Positions 1 through 8,105 of a stretch of 64,000 bases of DNA are shown one piece after another. The DNA comes from an uncultured delta proteobacterium. Lineage in GTDB: Bacteria > Myxococcota > Kuafuiibacteriia > Kuafuiibacteriales > Kuafuiibacteriaceae. The stretch covers positions 2,080,001 to 2,144,000 of the forward strand of contig CAWDML010000001.1 in NCBI GenBank assembly GCA_963803435.1. Direction: 5' to 3'. The notes beneath the pieces were generated by a model, which was not told the DNA's origin, searched no databases, and saw only the letters and a program-made list of their open reading frames with translations. The translations under genes and the position numbers were made by a program. How positions within the stretch are numbered: the stretch's first letter is position 1; the number at the start of each line of letters is the position of its first letter.

Positions 1-805
1 GCGAGCCACCGTGCGCCTCGGAGCGCACCAGCGATTTGTCCCGGAGCGACTGGAGGAGATCGTACGCATCTCGATCCCCGAGCACCGCCTCGGCGGCCTC
101 GACGGTGAATCCGCCCCGGAAGGCCGAGCAGCCCATCAGCGATCGTCGCTCCTCCTCCGAGAGCGCCTCCCACGACCAGGCGATCGCCGCCTCGAGGGTC
201 GCGTGCCGCTCCGGAGCATCACGCCGTCCGCGCGACAGGAGCGGAATCGGTGCTTCCAGTCGAGCATCGAGACCTTCGACCCCGAGGACGTCGTGGCGGG
301 CGGCTGCCAGCTCGAGCGCCAGCGGGATGCACTCCAGCCTGGCGACCAGCGCGCGCGCGGTCTCGAGCGACGCAGGCTCGGATCCGAGTCGGCGCACGTG
401 ATCGACGAAGAGAGCGAGCGCGTCTTCGATCCCGAGCGGGCCGAGCTCGAGGCATGCTTCACCCTCGACGCGAAGCCGCTCGCGCGAGGTGACCACGATC
501 TGGTCCATCCCATCGAGCCAAGCGCCGAGCGAAGGCGCGCATCCGACGACCTGCTCGAAGTTGTCGAGGACCACCACGCCTGGATTGCGGGGCACACGCA
601 AGAGCACGGAAGCGACGTCGTCCTCGGTGCGGGCCTCCGCCAGATCGTAGAAGACGCCTCGGCGCTTCTCCAGCAGCTCCTGCGCGAGGCTCGTCTTCCC
701 GATGCCCGCGGCTCCCCAGATCGTGACTAGGTGGTGTGATCCGAGGAGCTCTATCAGCCGATCGAGATCCCGCTCGCGGCCGATCAGTCTCCGCCTGCGC
801 TTCAC
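1..805 (-). CDS. NB-ARC/predicted ATPase (COG3903-like), 3' end beyond window
   Basis: Read manually on the minus strand (absent from the ORF track because it has no stop in the window): VKRRRRLIGRERDLDRLIELLGSHHLVTIWGAAGIGKTSLAQ (Walker A), VVLDNFEQV (Walker B), VVTSRERLRVEGE. GTG start overlaps the stop of the upstream gene. Confidence 0.8.
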   Translation of the reverse strand, partial: MKRRRRLIGRERDLDRLIELLGSHHLVTIWGAAGIGKTSLAQELLEKRRGVFYDLAEARTEDDVASVLLRVPRNPGVVVLDNFEQVVGCAPSLGAWLDGMDQIVVTSRERLRVEGEACLELGPLGIEDALALFVDHVRRLGSEPASLETARALVARLECIPLALELAAARHDVLGVEGLDARLEAPIPLLSRGRRDAPERHATLEAAIAWSWEALSEEERRSLMGCSAFRGGFTVEAAEAVLGDRDAYDLLQSLRDKSLVRSEAHGGS

Positions 806-1323
806 TCGAGGCGAGCCCGCTCGACGAAGACCCGCCGCAAGCCGGCTTGCACTTGGAAGCCGTCCACGGCCACCGGACCATCGGGGCTCACCTGCCTGAG
901 CCTGCCGTCGGCGTCGCAGGAGGTGCCCTGGATCCACCCGGGACCCACGATCACTCCGGTGCGGCAGGCACCGTCGGTCGCTTGGTAGAGCCCGATCGTG
1001 CCCCCGCGCTCTGTGACCGGACCTTCGAGCGGGGTCCCATCCTCGAACATCCCCACCAGCCGGCCGTCCTCGAGTCGTCCTTCGAAGCGAGCGTCGTCCT
1101 TCGCGAGCGAGATGCGCTCGCCGTTGCGGGTGCCGAGGAGCCAGCGCGTGCTCGCCATGCTGGTGGGGCCACCGCAGCGGTAGAGAAGGACGGACTCGCC
1201 CTCGACCACCGCGGCCGCGCGCGCGTCCGTCCCCGTCAAGGCGCCCACGTAGTGCGCGGTGCCCTCGTCGCCGCACGAGGCAGAGACCAGGACGAGCGAT
1301 ACGAGCGGCGCACCGAGCTTCAT
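802..1323 (-). CDS. Hypothetical lipoprotein
   Basis: MKLGAPLVSLVLVSASC signal peptide/lipobox; coding-like composition. Confidence 0.7.
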   Translation of the reverse strand: MKLGAPLVSLVLVSASCGDEGTAHYVGALTGTDARAAAVVEGESVLLYRCGGPTSMASTRWLLGTRNGERISLAKDDARFEGRLEDGRLVGMFEDGTPLEGPVTERGGTIGLYQATDGACRTGVIVGPGWIQGTSCDADGRLRQVSPDGPVAVDGFQVQAGLRRVFVERARLE

Positions 1324-1484
1324 GTTCGGGCGGACCATATTCTCCGGAGAAACGGAGCGTCCATCGGTCAGGTAGAAGCCGGATCCCGAGGTCGGGTCGG
1401 ACTGTGCCCTCCGGCACGCCGCGCCGAGCTCACCGGGTCACATCCTCACCTCGGGAGGTGTGGCAAGGACCTGAGATCCGCCGG

Positions 1485-2336
1485 TCAAACCGGCTTCTTC
1501 TTGGCGTCTGCGCGCGACCAGAGCGCGTCGAAAGCACGACCCGGTTCGTCGAGATCGATGACCACCGGCGCATGGTCCGACGGGATCGGCTTCCCTTTGC
1601 GCGCCTCGCGATCGATCTCTGCCCAGACGATCCGACGTGCCACCGCATCGTTCACGAGGAGTAGATCGATCCGCATGCCGCTGTTCTTGTGAAAGGCTCC
1701 GGCACGGTAGTCCCACCAGCTGTATCGGCCGTGCTCGGGGTGCCGGAGCCGGTACGCGTCCATCAGCCCGACCGAGAGGATTCGGGCGAGCGCGTCGCGT
1801 TCCCGCAGGGAGACGTGCGTCGCGCCGTGGCAGGCGACCGGATCCCAGACGTCGCAGTCGGCGGGTGCGATGTTGAAGTCGCCGCCGATCACCAGCGGAG
1901 CAGTCAGATCGCACGCCTCGCGGATCCAGGCCTCGAAGCGCGCGAGCCAGACGAGCTTCGCTTCGTAGAACGGTGAGTCGAGCACGCGCCCGTTGGGCAC
2001 GTAGATGCTGACGAAGCGAGTGGCCCTCGTAGTCGCCGCGATCATCCGCGCTTCCGCGAACGGATCCTCGGCTCCGGACTCGGCCAGCGGTGCGCCGAAC
2101 GCGGTCACCACGTCGGAGAGCGGAAGCCGGCTGGCGATCGCCACACCGTTCCAGCGGCCCTGACCATGGTGCACCAGGTGGTAACCGCGCTCCTCGAACT
2201 CGCGATGCGGAGCCGCGGTGTCGGCCAGCTTGGTCTCCTGCATCAGCAGCACGTCGGGCCTCGCCCGCTCGAGCCACCACCACACCTTTTCGATGCGGGC
2301 CGGCAACGAGTTCACGTTCCAGGTCGCAATCCGCAT
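1485..2336 (-). CDS. xth: Exodeoxyribonuclease III
   Basis: MRIATWNVNS, LMQETK, GDFNIAP, YSWWDYR, GMRIDLLL and SDHAPV motifs. Confidence 0.95.
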   Translation of the reverse strand: MRIATWNVNSLPARIEKVWWWLERARPDVLLMQETKLADTAAPHREFEERGYHLVHHGQGRWNGVAIASRLPLSDVVTAFGAPLAESGAEDPFAEARMIAATTRATRFVSIYVPNGRVLDSPFYEAKLVWLARFEAWIREACDLTAPLVIGGDFNIAPADCDVWDPVACHGATHVSLRERDALARILSVGLMDAYRLRHPEHGRYSWWDYRAGAFHKNSGMRIDLLLVNDAVARRIVWAEIDREARKGKPIPSDHAPVVIDLDEPGRAFDALWSRADAKKKPV

Positions 2337-2519
2337 TGTGACGGTCGGGATGATGACATGAGCGAGCCTCGCGTGCGCGTCGAATCGAGCGACCCGGCGC
2401 AGGCCGCCATCGAGCGCGGCCTCCGGGGGCGCAGGCGAGGTCGATGCGAGCCGAGCCCCGCCCCGAGCGGTGATAGCCTCTGAGACGTGCGTGGCGCCCA
2501 CCCGATCGTCGAAGCGGTG

Positions 2520-3131
2520 ATGACAGCCGCGCAGGCCGGGGCCTCGGCGAGCGCGCTCTTCGACTCGGGCCTCGGTCAACCGATCATCGGGCGGGCCGGG
2601 CAGCTCGTCTTCTCGGAGGGCGATCCTGCGGACGCGTTCTACCTCCTCCTGTCCGGTACGCTGCGCTGTTACGTGAGCCGCACGAAGGACGGGCCTGAGG
2701 AGCGCACCACGCTCTTGTGTGAAGGTCCGGCCGTCGTGGGCGACCGGGATCTCCTGGCAGGCGTGTCGGAGATGGAGTCGGTCCGCTGTTCCAGCGCGAC
2801 GACCGTCCTGACCTGGCCGGGGGACGCGTTCCTCGAGGCGTGGAGCCAGAGCGACGAGCTGCGTGCGCTCCTGGTGCGGGATCTCTCACTCCGCTACGCG
2901 AAGAGCCTCGCGCTGGCGAGCCTTCAGCTCGAGCCGCTCGCCGGTTCCGTCGCCGCGCTCCTCCGCGAGACGGGCGACAAGCCCGAGCTGAGCAACAACA
3001 CCTGGATCGCGGAGGTGCTCTCGGTCGCGCCGAAGTCCGTGACGCGCGCGCTGGCGCAGCTCCGCCGCGCTGGTGAGCAGGAGCTCGACGAGATCCCCGA
3101 ACTCCGGCTCTTTCACTCGCTCGCGGAGTAG
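2520..3131 (+). CDS. Crp/Fnr family transcriptional regulator
   Basis: cNMP-binding fold (VFSEGDPADAFYLLLSG) plus C-terminal HTH (IAEVLSVAPKSVTRALAQL). Confidence 0.8.
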   Translation: MTAAQAGASASALFDSGLGQPIIGRAGQLVFSEGDPADAFYLLLSGTLRCYVSRTKDGPEERTTLLCEGPAVVGDRDLLAGVSEMESVRCSSATTVLTWPGDAFLEAWSQSDELRALLVRDLSLRYAKSLALASLQLEPLAGSVAALLRETGDKPELSNNTWIAEVLSVAPKSVTRALAQLRRAGEQELDEIPELRLFHSLAE

Positions 3132-3874
3132 ACCGGGCTGAGCCCTTGGAGAAGGTCGGGGAGCTCGAGACCCTCGAGCAGCTCGGCGAGTCGCTCGCGT
3201 CGGATCTGGGTCAGGCCGCGCGAGCCGACCTCGAGCCGCCCCTCCTGAACCATCGACTTCAGCGTGCGATTGACCGTCTCGCGGCGGAGGCCGGTCGCGC
3301 GACCGAGCTCCACCTGCGGGATCGGAACGTCGATCGGCTCCGCGTGCCCGGTGTTCTTCAGGAGCTGATGGTAGGCGAGCAGGTAGCGCGCGAGGAGCTG
3401 AGCCGGGCTGAGGAGCGGCTGCACCTTACGCGCGTTGATGTACGTGACGAAGCGCAGCGTCAGATCGCGGTACAGCTCCAACGCGAAGCGAGCGTTCTCG
3501 ATCATCAGCGACTCGAGGGCTTCCTTCGTCAGCGCCAGCGCGACGAGGGGCGAGAGGGCGACGCCTGTCCCGCTCCAGCTCACGCCCTGCATGACCTGGC
3601 TCTCACCGAGCATGAAAGGCGCGGCGAACAGAGCGACCACGAACCCGCGCACGTCGGCAGGCTCCGGCGGGTGCTCGATCTGGAGGGATCCGGAGAGCAC
3701 GGCAAAGACACGCTGCGCCGGCGCTCCCGCGCGATAAAGAAAGCCGCCCGGCGCGAGATTCACGATCATACTCTCATCGACGATCGCCTGGTGAGCCTGC
3801 GGCGGGAGCGACGCGAAGATCGGATGAGCGGCGAGCGCGACCCGGAGCGCCTTCTTGTCGTGGAGCCCGTTCAT
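3113..3874 (-). CDS. Crp/Fnr family transcriptional regulator
   Basis: HPIFASL, LYRAGAPAQRVFAVLSG, Crp HTH IPQVELGRATGLRRETVNRTL. Confidence 0.9.
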   Translation of the reverse strand: MNGLHDKKALRVALAAHPIFASLPPQAHQAIVDESMIVNLAPGGFLYRAGAPAQRVFAVLSGSLQIEHPPEPADVRGFVVALFAAPFMLGESQVMQGVSWSGTGVALSPLVALALTKEALESLMIENARFALELYRDLTLRFVTYINARKVQPLLSPAQLLARYLLAYHQLLKNTGHAEPIDVPIPQVELGRATGLRRETVNRTLKSMVQEGRLEVGSRGLTQIRRERLAELLEGLELPDLLQGLSPVYSASE

Positions 3875-5844
3875 CGGCGCCTCAGATCGAGCAGCGCCTG
3901 GGCCACCCAGGCCTGCTCGTACGGATCCGTGCCTCCGAGCCGTTCAGGAGCGAAGAGTCCGGCCGCCCCGTACATGTCGAGGATCTCGCCGGAGCGACGC
4001 ACGTCGACCGCGTGGAGACCGGGCCCGTCGAGCTCCGCCGCGGTGATGACCCCCATGATCACCGCCGCCGGCGTGATCGCGTAGCGCTCGGAGCCCGTGT
4101 CCTCGAGGAGGTTCAACGGGTAGGCCTCGGCCGGGATGAAGAGCGTTCCGTCCGCGATGGCGATCTCGAGATCCTCGAAGGTCCGGGGGATGCCGCCCTC
4201 GGTACCGTAGGCCGCGTCCCGGGTGTTCGGCACGCTCGTCTTCCCGGCTGCGCGGAGACCCGCGATGTCGACGCCCTTTCCGCCCGAGGTGATGGGAAGG
4301 ATCAGCGAGTCCCTCGGAAGTCGCTTCGCGTTGTCGGCGTCGACACCGGTCGTCGCGCTCGCCACGATGACGACGCCGCAATCGGGACGCGGCGTATCAT
4401 CCGAGTGGACGGTGAAGCCGAGCGCACGCGCTTCTTCGGCTCGCTCCGCGTTCGTCTCGAGGATGGTGATGCGCTGTCGCTCTCTGCGAATCTCATCCGG
4501 TGACGCGCCGTCCGGAAGCCTGAGCCGCGCCAGGGACTCGGCCGTGGAGCGTCCCAGCAGTCCGAAGCCCACCACGTACTGCGGCAGCTCGGACATGGGC
4601 TCGCCCCAGCGCGCCCGCGCCTCTCGCGCTGCGATCACCGCATAGAGATCGCCGATGCCGACCGCCTCGGCGCCCTTGAGCAAGCTGCCCGCGACGTCGA
4701 CGGCCCAGATCGAGTCGAGATACGGCTCCAGCGAGGCGAGATCGTCCGCGTTGTGCACGAGGAAGCGAATGCGACCCTCGCGGGCGGCGCGCCAGAGATC
4801 TCCGTCTTCGGGCTCGCCTTCGAGCAGAGCGCCGCCGCCTTTGTCCACCACGAAGATCTGATCTGCAGCGAGCGCGGCGCGACCGCACTTCTTCATCCAA
4901 TCCTTCGCGCTCTCTGCATCGGACGGTCCCACGCGCGGGCCGACCTCGAGTCTTCTCGCCGTTCGTTCGTGGGGATGGAACACGCCACCGTCGAGCTGCC
5001 TCGCCATGATGGCTTGCATCGGATAGGTGCCACTATACGGAGAGCGAGTCGCGGTTCCGGCGTCGAGGCCGAGCGCTTGGAGGATGGGAAACAGGGCGAA
5101 CTGCTCGCGCCTCATGTGTCCGTTGTAGTGGAAGTGCATGCCCTTCAGCTGATCGCTCCCGCCCAGAGGAAGCTCGGTCAGCAGTCGATCGGTGAACGGG
5201 TTGAGGAAGCCGAGCTCGAGGAGAGCGGCGCGCGCCGCGAGGCCGCGCGGGCTCGAGTCGAGCTTCTCGGCGACCAGCCTTCGGACGATCTTCGCGGCGT
5301 CTCGCCGATCCTTGGTTCCGCTCCAATCCAGGAGAACGCGGAGCTCGCGCTCGGCGAAGTGATAGGTGAAGAAGCCCTCTCTCCCGAAGTCGAAGGCGTT
5401 GCGAGTGCCCCCCATGCTCTGGAAGAGCGACACGCCCGATTCGTCGCGGGTCAGCGGCCCATCGACGTACCGTGCGCAGCGAGCCGGGACGTCGGAGGAA
5501 ACGACTCGGACGTGCACCGTCGTCTCTTGATCCTGAATCGCCGGGCGGCTCATCGGATCGTTCGTGCGTCCGGTGATCTCGAGGCTCAGCTCGAGACGAC
5601 TCCCGACTTCCTGAGTGATCGGATTGATCGGGCGGAGATACGGGAGACGCTCGTAGAGCGGCCGGCGATGGTTCGGTCCCGTGACCGAAGGGACGTGGAT
5701 CGGTTCGTCGAGCTCGAGGTACTTGCCGATGCGCGCGTCGTATCGGACCGTGACCTTCACGCGAACGACGTCGTCCAGATCGTAGACCGGGCGAGACGCG
5801 AACCCGACGGTTCGCGAGGGGATGTCGCCGGTCCGCGTCATCAT
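3871..5844 (-). CDS. Divergent S-adenosylhomocysteine hydrolase-fold protein with an unknown N-terminal domain
   Basis: AHCY-like motifs in the correct order: QLKG..GHM..LQALG..SPYS, IFVVDKGGG, AVDVAGSLLK, VVGFGLLGRSTA (Rossmann), ILETNAERAEEARALGF, VASATTG, AEAYPLNL. Confidence 0.6.
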   Translation of the reverse strand: MMTRTGDIPSRTVGFASRPVYDLDDVVRVKVTVRYDARIGKYLELDEPIHVPSVTGPNHRRPLYERLPYLRPINPITQEVGSRLELSLEITGRTNDPMSRPAIQDQETTVHVRVVSSDVPARCARYVDGPLTRDESGVSLFQSMGGTRNAFDFGREGFFTYHFAERELRVLLDWSGTKDRRDAAKIVRRLVAEKLDSSPRGLAARAALLELGFLNPFTDRLLTELPLGGSDQLKGMHFHYNGHMRREQFALFPILQALGLDAGTATRSPYSGTYPMQAIMARQLDGGVFHPHERTARRLEVGPRVGPSDAESAKDWMKKCGRAALAADQIFVVDKGGGALLEGEPEDGDLWRAAREGRIRFLVHNADDLASLEPYLDSIWAVDVAGSLLKGAEAVGIGDLYAVIAAREARARWGEPMSELPQYVVGFGLLGRSTAESLARLRLPDGASPDEIRRERQRITILETNAERAEEARALGFTVHSDDTPRPDCGVVIVASATTGVDADNAKRLPRDSLILPITSGGKGVDIAGLRAAGKTSVPNTRDAAYGTEGGIPRTFEDLEIAIADGTLFIPAEAYPLNLLEDTGSERYAITPAAVIMGVITAAELDGPGLHAVDVRRSGEILDMYGAAGLFAPERLGGTDPYEQAWVAQALLDLRRR

Positions 5845-6043
5845 TGAATTCTCGGCCGCGAGGCGCCTCGGGGTGCGTGGTGCGTCGACGCACCATCGGG
5901 CGGAACATCCTGCGCCACAACCCCCCGCCGGAAACCGCGATAACAGAGCATATTCGCGGCGTTCCCGAGCCGGAAGCTGGCGATCGCCCCTATCCCTTTC
6001 GACACAATCTTGGAGCTCCCGGTCCACCGGGAAGGAGACCTCT

Positions 6044-6427
6044 ATGACCGCCATCAGCCTTCGTCCCGCCACGCAGCAACCCCCCGAGGCGTCCGCCGCG
6101 GAACGAGACGGCATCATCCCCGGCGACACGCTCAACCTCCAGAACGCGAGGATCGTTCGCGGTCGTGAGTCGGGATACCAGATCGAGCTCGACCAGCCGT
6201 TGACCGTGGTGCGCCCGCGCCCCGACGGCAACTATCTCGACTCTGTCCGCTACCTCGATCTGGTCGATGGTCCGCCGCCCCGTCCGAACGAGCGCACCCA
6301 CGGGATGCGCGTCGACGTGACCTCGTTCGGTTTGGTCGGGCGGCCCAACCCGAGCGACGAGCAGACGACCGTCACCGTGAAGATGACCGGACGGCGAGGC
6401 GCGACCCAGAAGGAATGGATCTTCTGA
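6044..6427 (+). CDS. Hypothetical protein (127 aa), similar to the N-terminus of the 3871-5844 product
   Basis: GAAGGAG RBS before ATG 6044; coding-like; shares motifs with the neighbouring gene. Confidence 0.7.
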   Translation: MTAISLRPATQQPPEASAAERDGIIPGDTLNLQNARIVRGRESGYQIELDQPLTVVRPRPDGNYLDSVRYLDLVDGPPPRPNERTHGMRVDVTSFGLVGRPNPSDEQTTVTVKMTGRRGATQKEWIF

Positions 6428-6436
6428 AAACCTCGC

Positions 6437-7051
6437 TCACGGAGCCGTCTTCTTCCAGGCGTCCATCTCGGTCATGCGCGAGAACCACGACTGCATGTTC
6501 GGGAATTCGGCGACCGGCACGTCCGCCAGCTGGGCGTACATCAACGACGAGGCGAGCGTGAGGTCTGCCAGCGTCAGGGACTGGCCGACGACGTGCTGTC
6601 TGCCGTCGAGGCGCTGGTTCAACACGTCCGAGAAGCGCCGGAAGCCCTCGAGGGCCTCCTCGACCTTGCGCTCGTCGGGTTCGCCCATGCCGAACCTCTG
6701 CTTGAGCACCCGCTGAAACGCCAGCGTGCCGACCTGGGGCGAGAAGTGGGACGCGTCCCAGAACTGCCAGCGCGTCACCTCCGCGCGAGCCTGCTCGTCC
6801 CTGGGGAGGAGGCCCGACTCGGGCTTCTTCGTCGCGAGGTACTGCATGATCGCTCGCGACTCCGTGAGCACAAAGTCACCGTCGACGAGGGTCGGGACCG
6901 CACCGTTCGGGTTGAGCGCCAGGTATTCGGGGCTCTTGTGCTCACGCTTCGAGAGGTCGACCGGCTTCTCCTCTAGCTGGAGGCCGAGCACGGCAGCCGT
7001 GAGGCGGACGCGCCGAACGTTGGGTGACATCGCGCTCAGGTAAAGCTTCAT
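6437..7051 (-). CDS. Glutathione S-transferase family protein
   Basis: SPNVRRV, YLALNPNGAVPTLVDGDFVLTESRAIMQYL, LTLADL; GAGG RBS. Confidence 0.95.
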   Translation of the reverse strand: MKLYLSAMSPNVRRVRLTAAVLGLQLEEKPVDLSKREHKSPEYLALNPNGAVPTLVDGDFVLTESRAIMQYLATKKPESGLLPRDEQARAEVTRWQFWDASHFSPQVGTLAFQRVLKQRFGMGEPDERKVEEALEGFRRFSDVLNQRLDGRQHVVGQSLTLADLTLASSLMYAQLADVPVAEFPNMQSWFSRMTEMDAWKKTAP

Positions 7052-7118
7052 GGTTCCTCATGCAGCGAACCCAGGCGTTTGTCCACCGAGGGTGCCGTGC
7101 TCAAAACAGGGTCTGCAA

Positions 7119-7697
7119 CTACGGCTCGAAGTAGGCGCGCTTGAGGTAGACGTAGGCTGCGAAGCCCCACCAGCAGAGCACCACGGTGACGGTGGTCAGG
7201 GTCATGATCTCGAGGATCGAAGTCTTCGGCACGAAGCCGAGGGCACCACCGGCGCCTCGGATGGATTCGGCCAGGTCGGCATCGCGGGCCTTCGAGTCGA
7301 GCAAGTAGATGATCTTGTCGACCGTATAGATCACGGTTCCGCCGATCACGGCGCGGGCTCCCCACGGCTTCGGAACGACGAGCCCGATGCCCATCACCAC
7401 GAAGATGGCCACGTAGACGAGATGAAAGACGATCGCGACGGCCCCTCCGCGAACGGCCCCGAACAGCGGCACCGGCGAGGTGACCGTGTACAGCTCGATC
7501 AACGCCGAGAGAAAGAAGAACGCCCCGGCGCTCTTCATCGTGAAGGTGCCCTTCGCCTTCGTGCGGGAATCCGCACCTGCGGCGACGTAGACGCGTGCTG
7601 CCGGAGGCTGCCAGCGCTCCCCTTCCTTCTGCGCGCCGCAGAAGCGGCAGAGGATGGCGGCATCCTGGATCTCCTCGGCGCAAAACAGGCACTTCAT
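7119..7697 (-). CDS. Zinc-ribbon membrane protein
   Basis: MKCLFCAEEIQDAAILCRFCG followed by about 4 hydrophobic segments. Confidence 0.8.
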   Translation of the reverse strand: MKCLFCAEEIQDAAILCRFCGAQKEGERWQPPAARVYVAAGADSRTKAKGTFTMKSAGAFFFLSALIELYTVTSPVPLFGAVRGGAVAIVFHLVYVAIFVVMGIGLVVPKPWGARAVIGGTVIYTVDKIIYLLDSKARDADLAESIRGAGGALGFVPKTSILEIMTLTTVTVVLCWWGFAAYVYLKRAYFEP

Positions 7698-7908
7698 GGC
7701 ATCCCTACGGGATGGGAGTTCGATATAGCGTGTACACTTCGTTGTCACCCACGAGCCCACCGCCACGCGTCTCGTGGACCTGCAGGCCGCCTTCAAAGCC
7801 GACGGCGGCGAGGCTCCACCTGTTCTGCGCCCCACGATCGGCTCGGGTTCGGACGAGTGCGGTCCGACGGCAGTGTGCCTGAATCCTCTGGAGCCATGCG
7901 TCGGTCTA

Positions 7909-7951
7909 AGAACCGGTCCTAAGACCGTCCGTTCGCTATTCCGTGTTGCAC
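7909..7951 (+). repeat. Dispersed repeat family R2, copy
   Basis: agaaccggtcctaagaccgtccgttcgctattccgtgttgcac nearly equals the reverse complement of 53791-53834. Confidence 0.75.
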
Positions 7952-8105
7952 CGGCTCTAAGCAAGAGTGTGCCGAGCGGGTGAGAGCAGCTCGACGGCGA
8001 GCGTCGACCGGCGGTCAGCACCTCCAAGCCGGTGGGACGAGGTCGTTTCTGGATCTCGCGCTCGGTCGGATTGCCTGCGGGACCGACCTGGCCTACCGGA
8101 TCGAT

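Noticed and set aside
2358-2519. TGA at 2481-2483 in frame with the Crp gene as a second read-through
   Set aside because: The upstream peptide is not convincingly coding and no SECIS-like hairpin follows.
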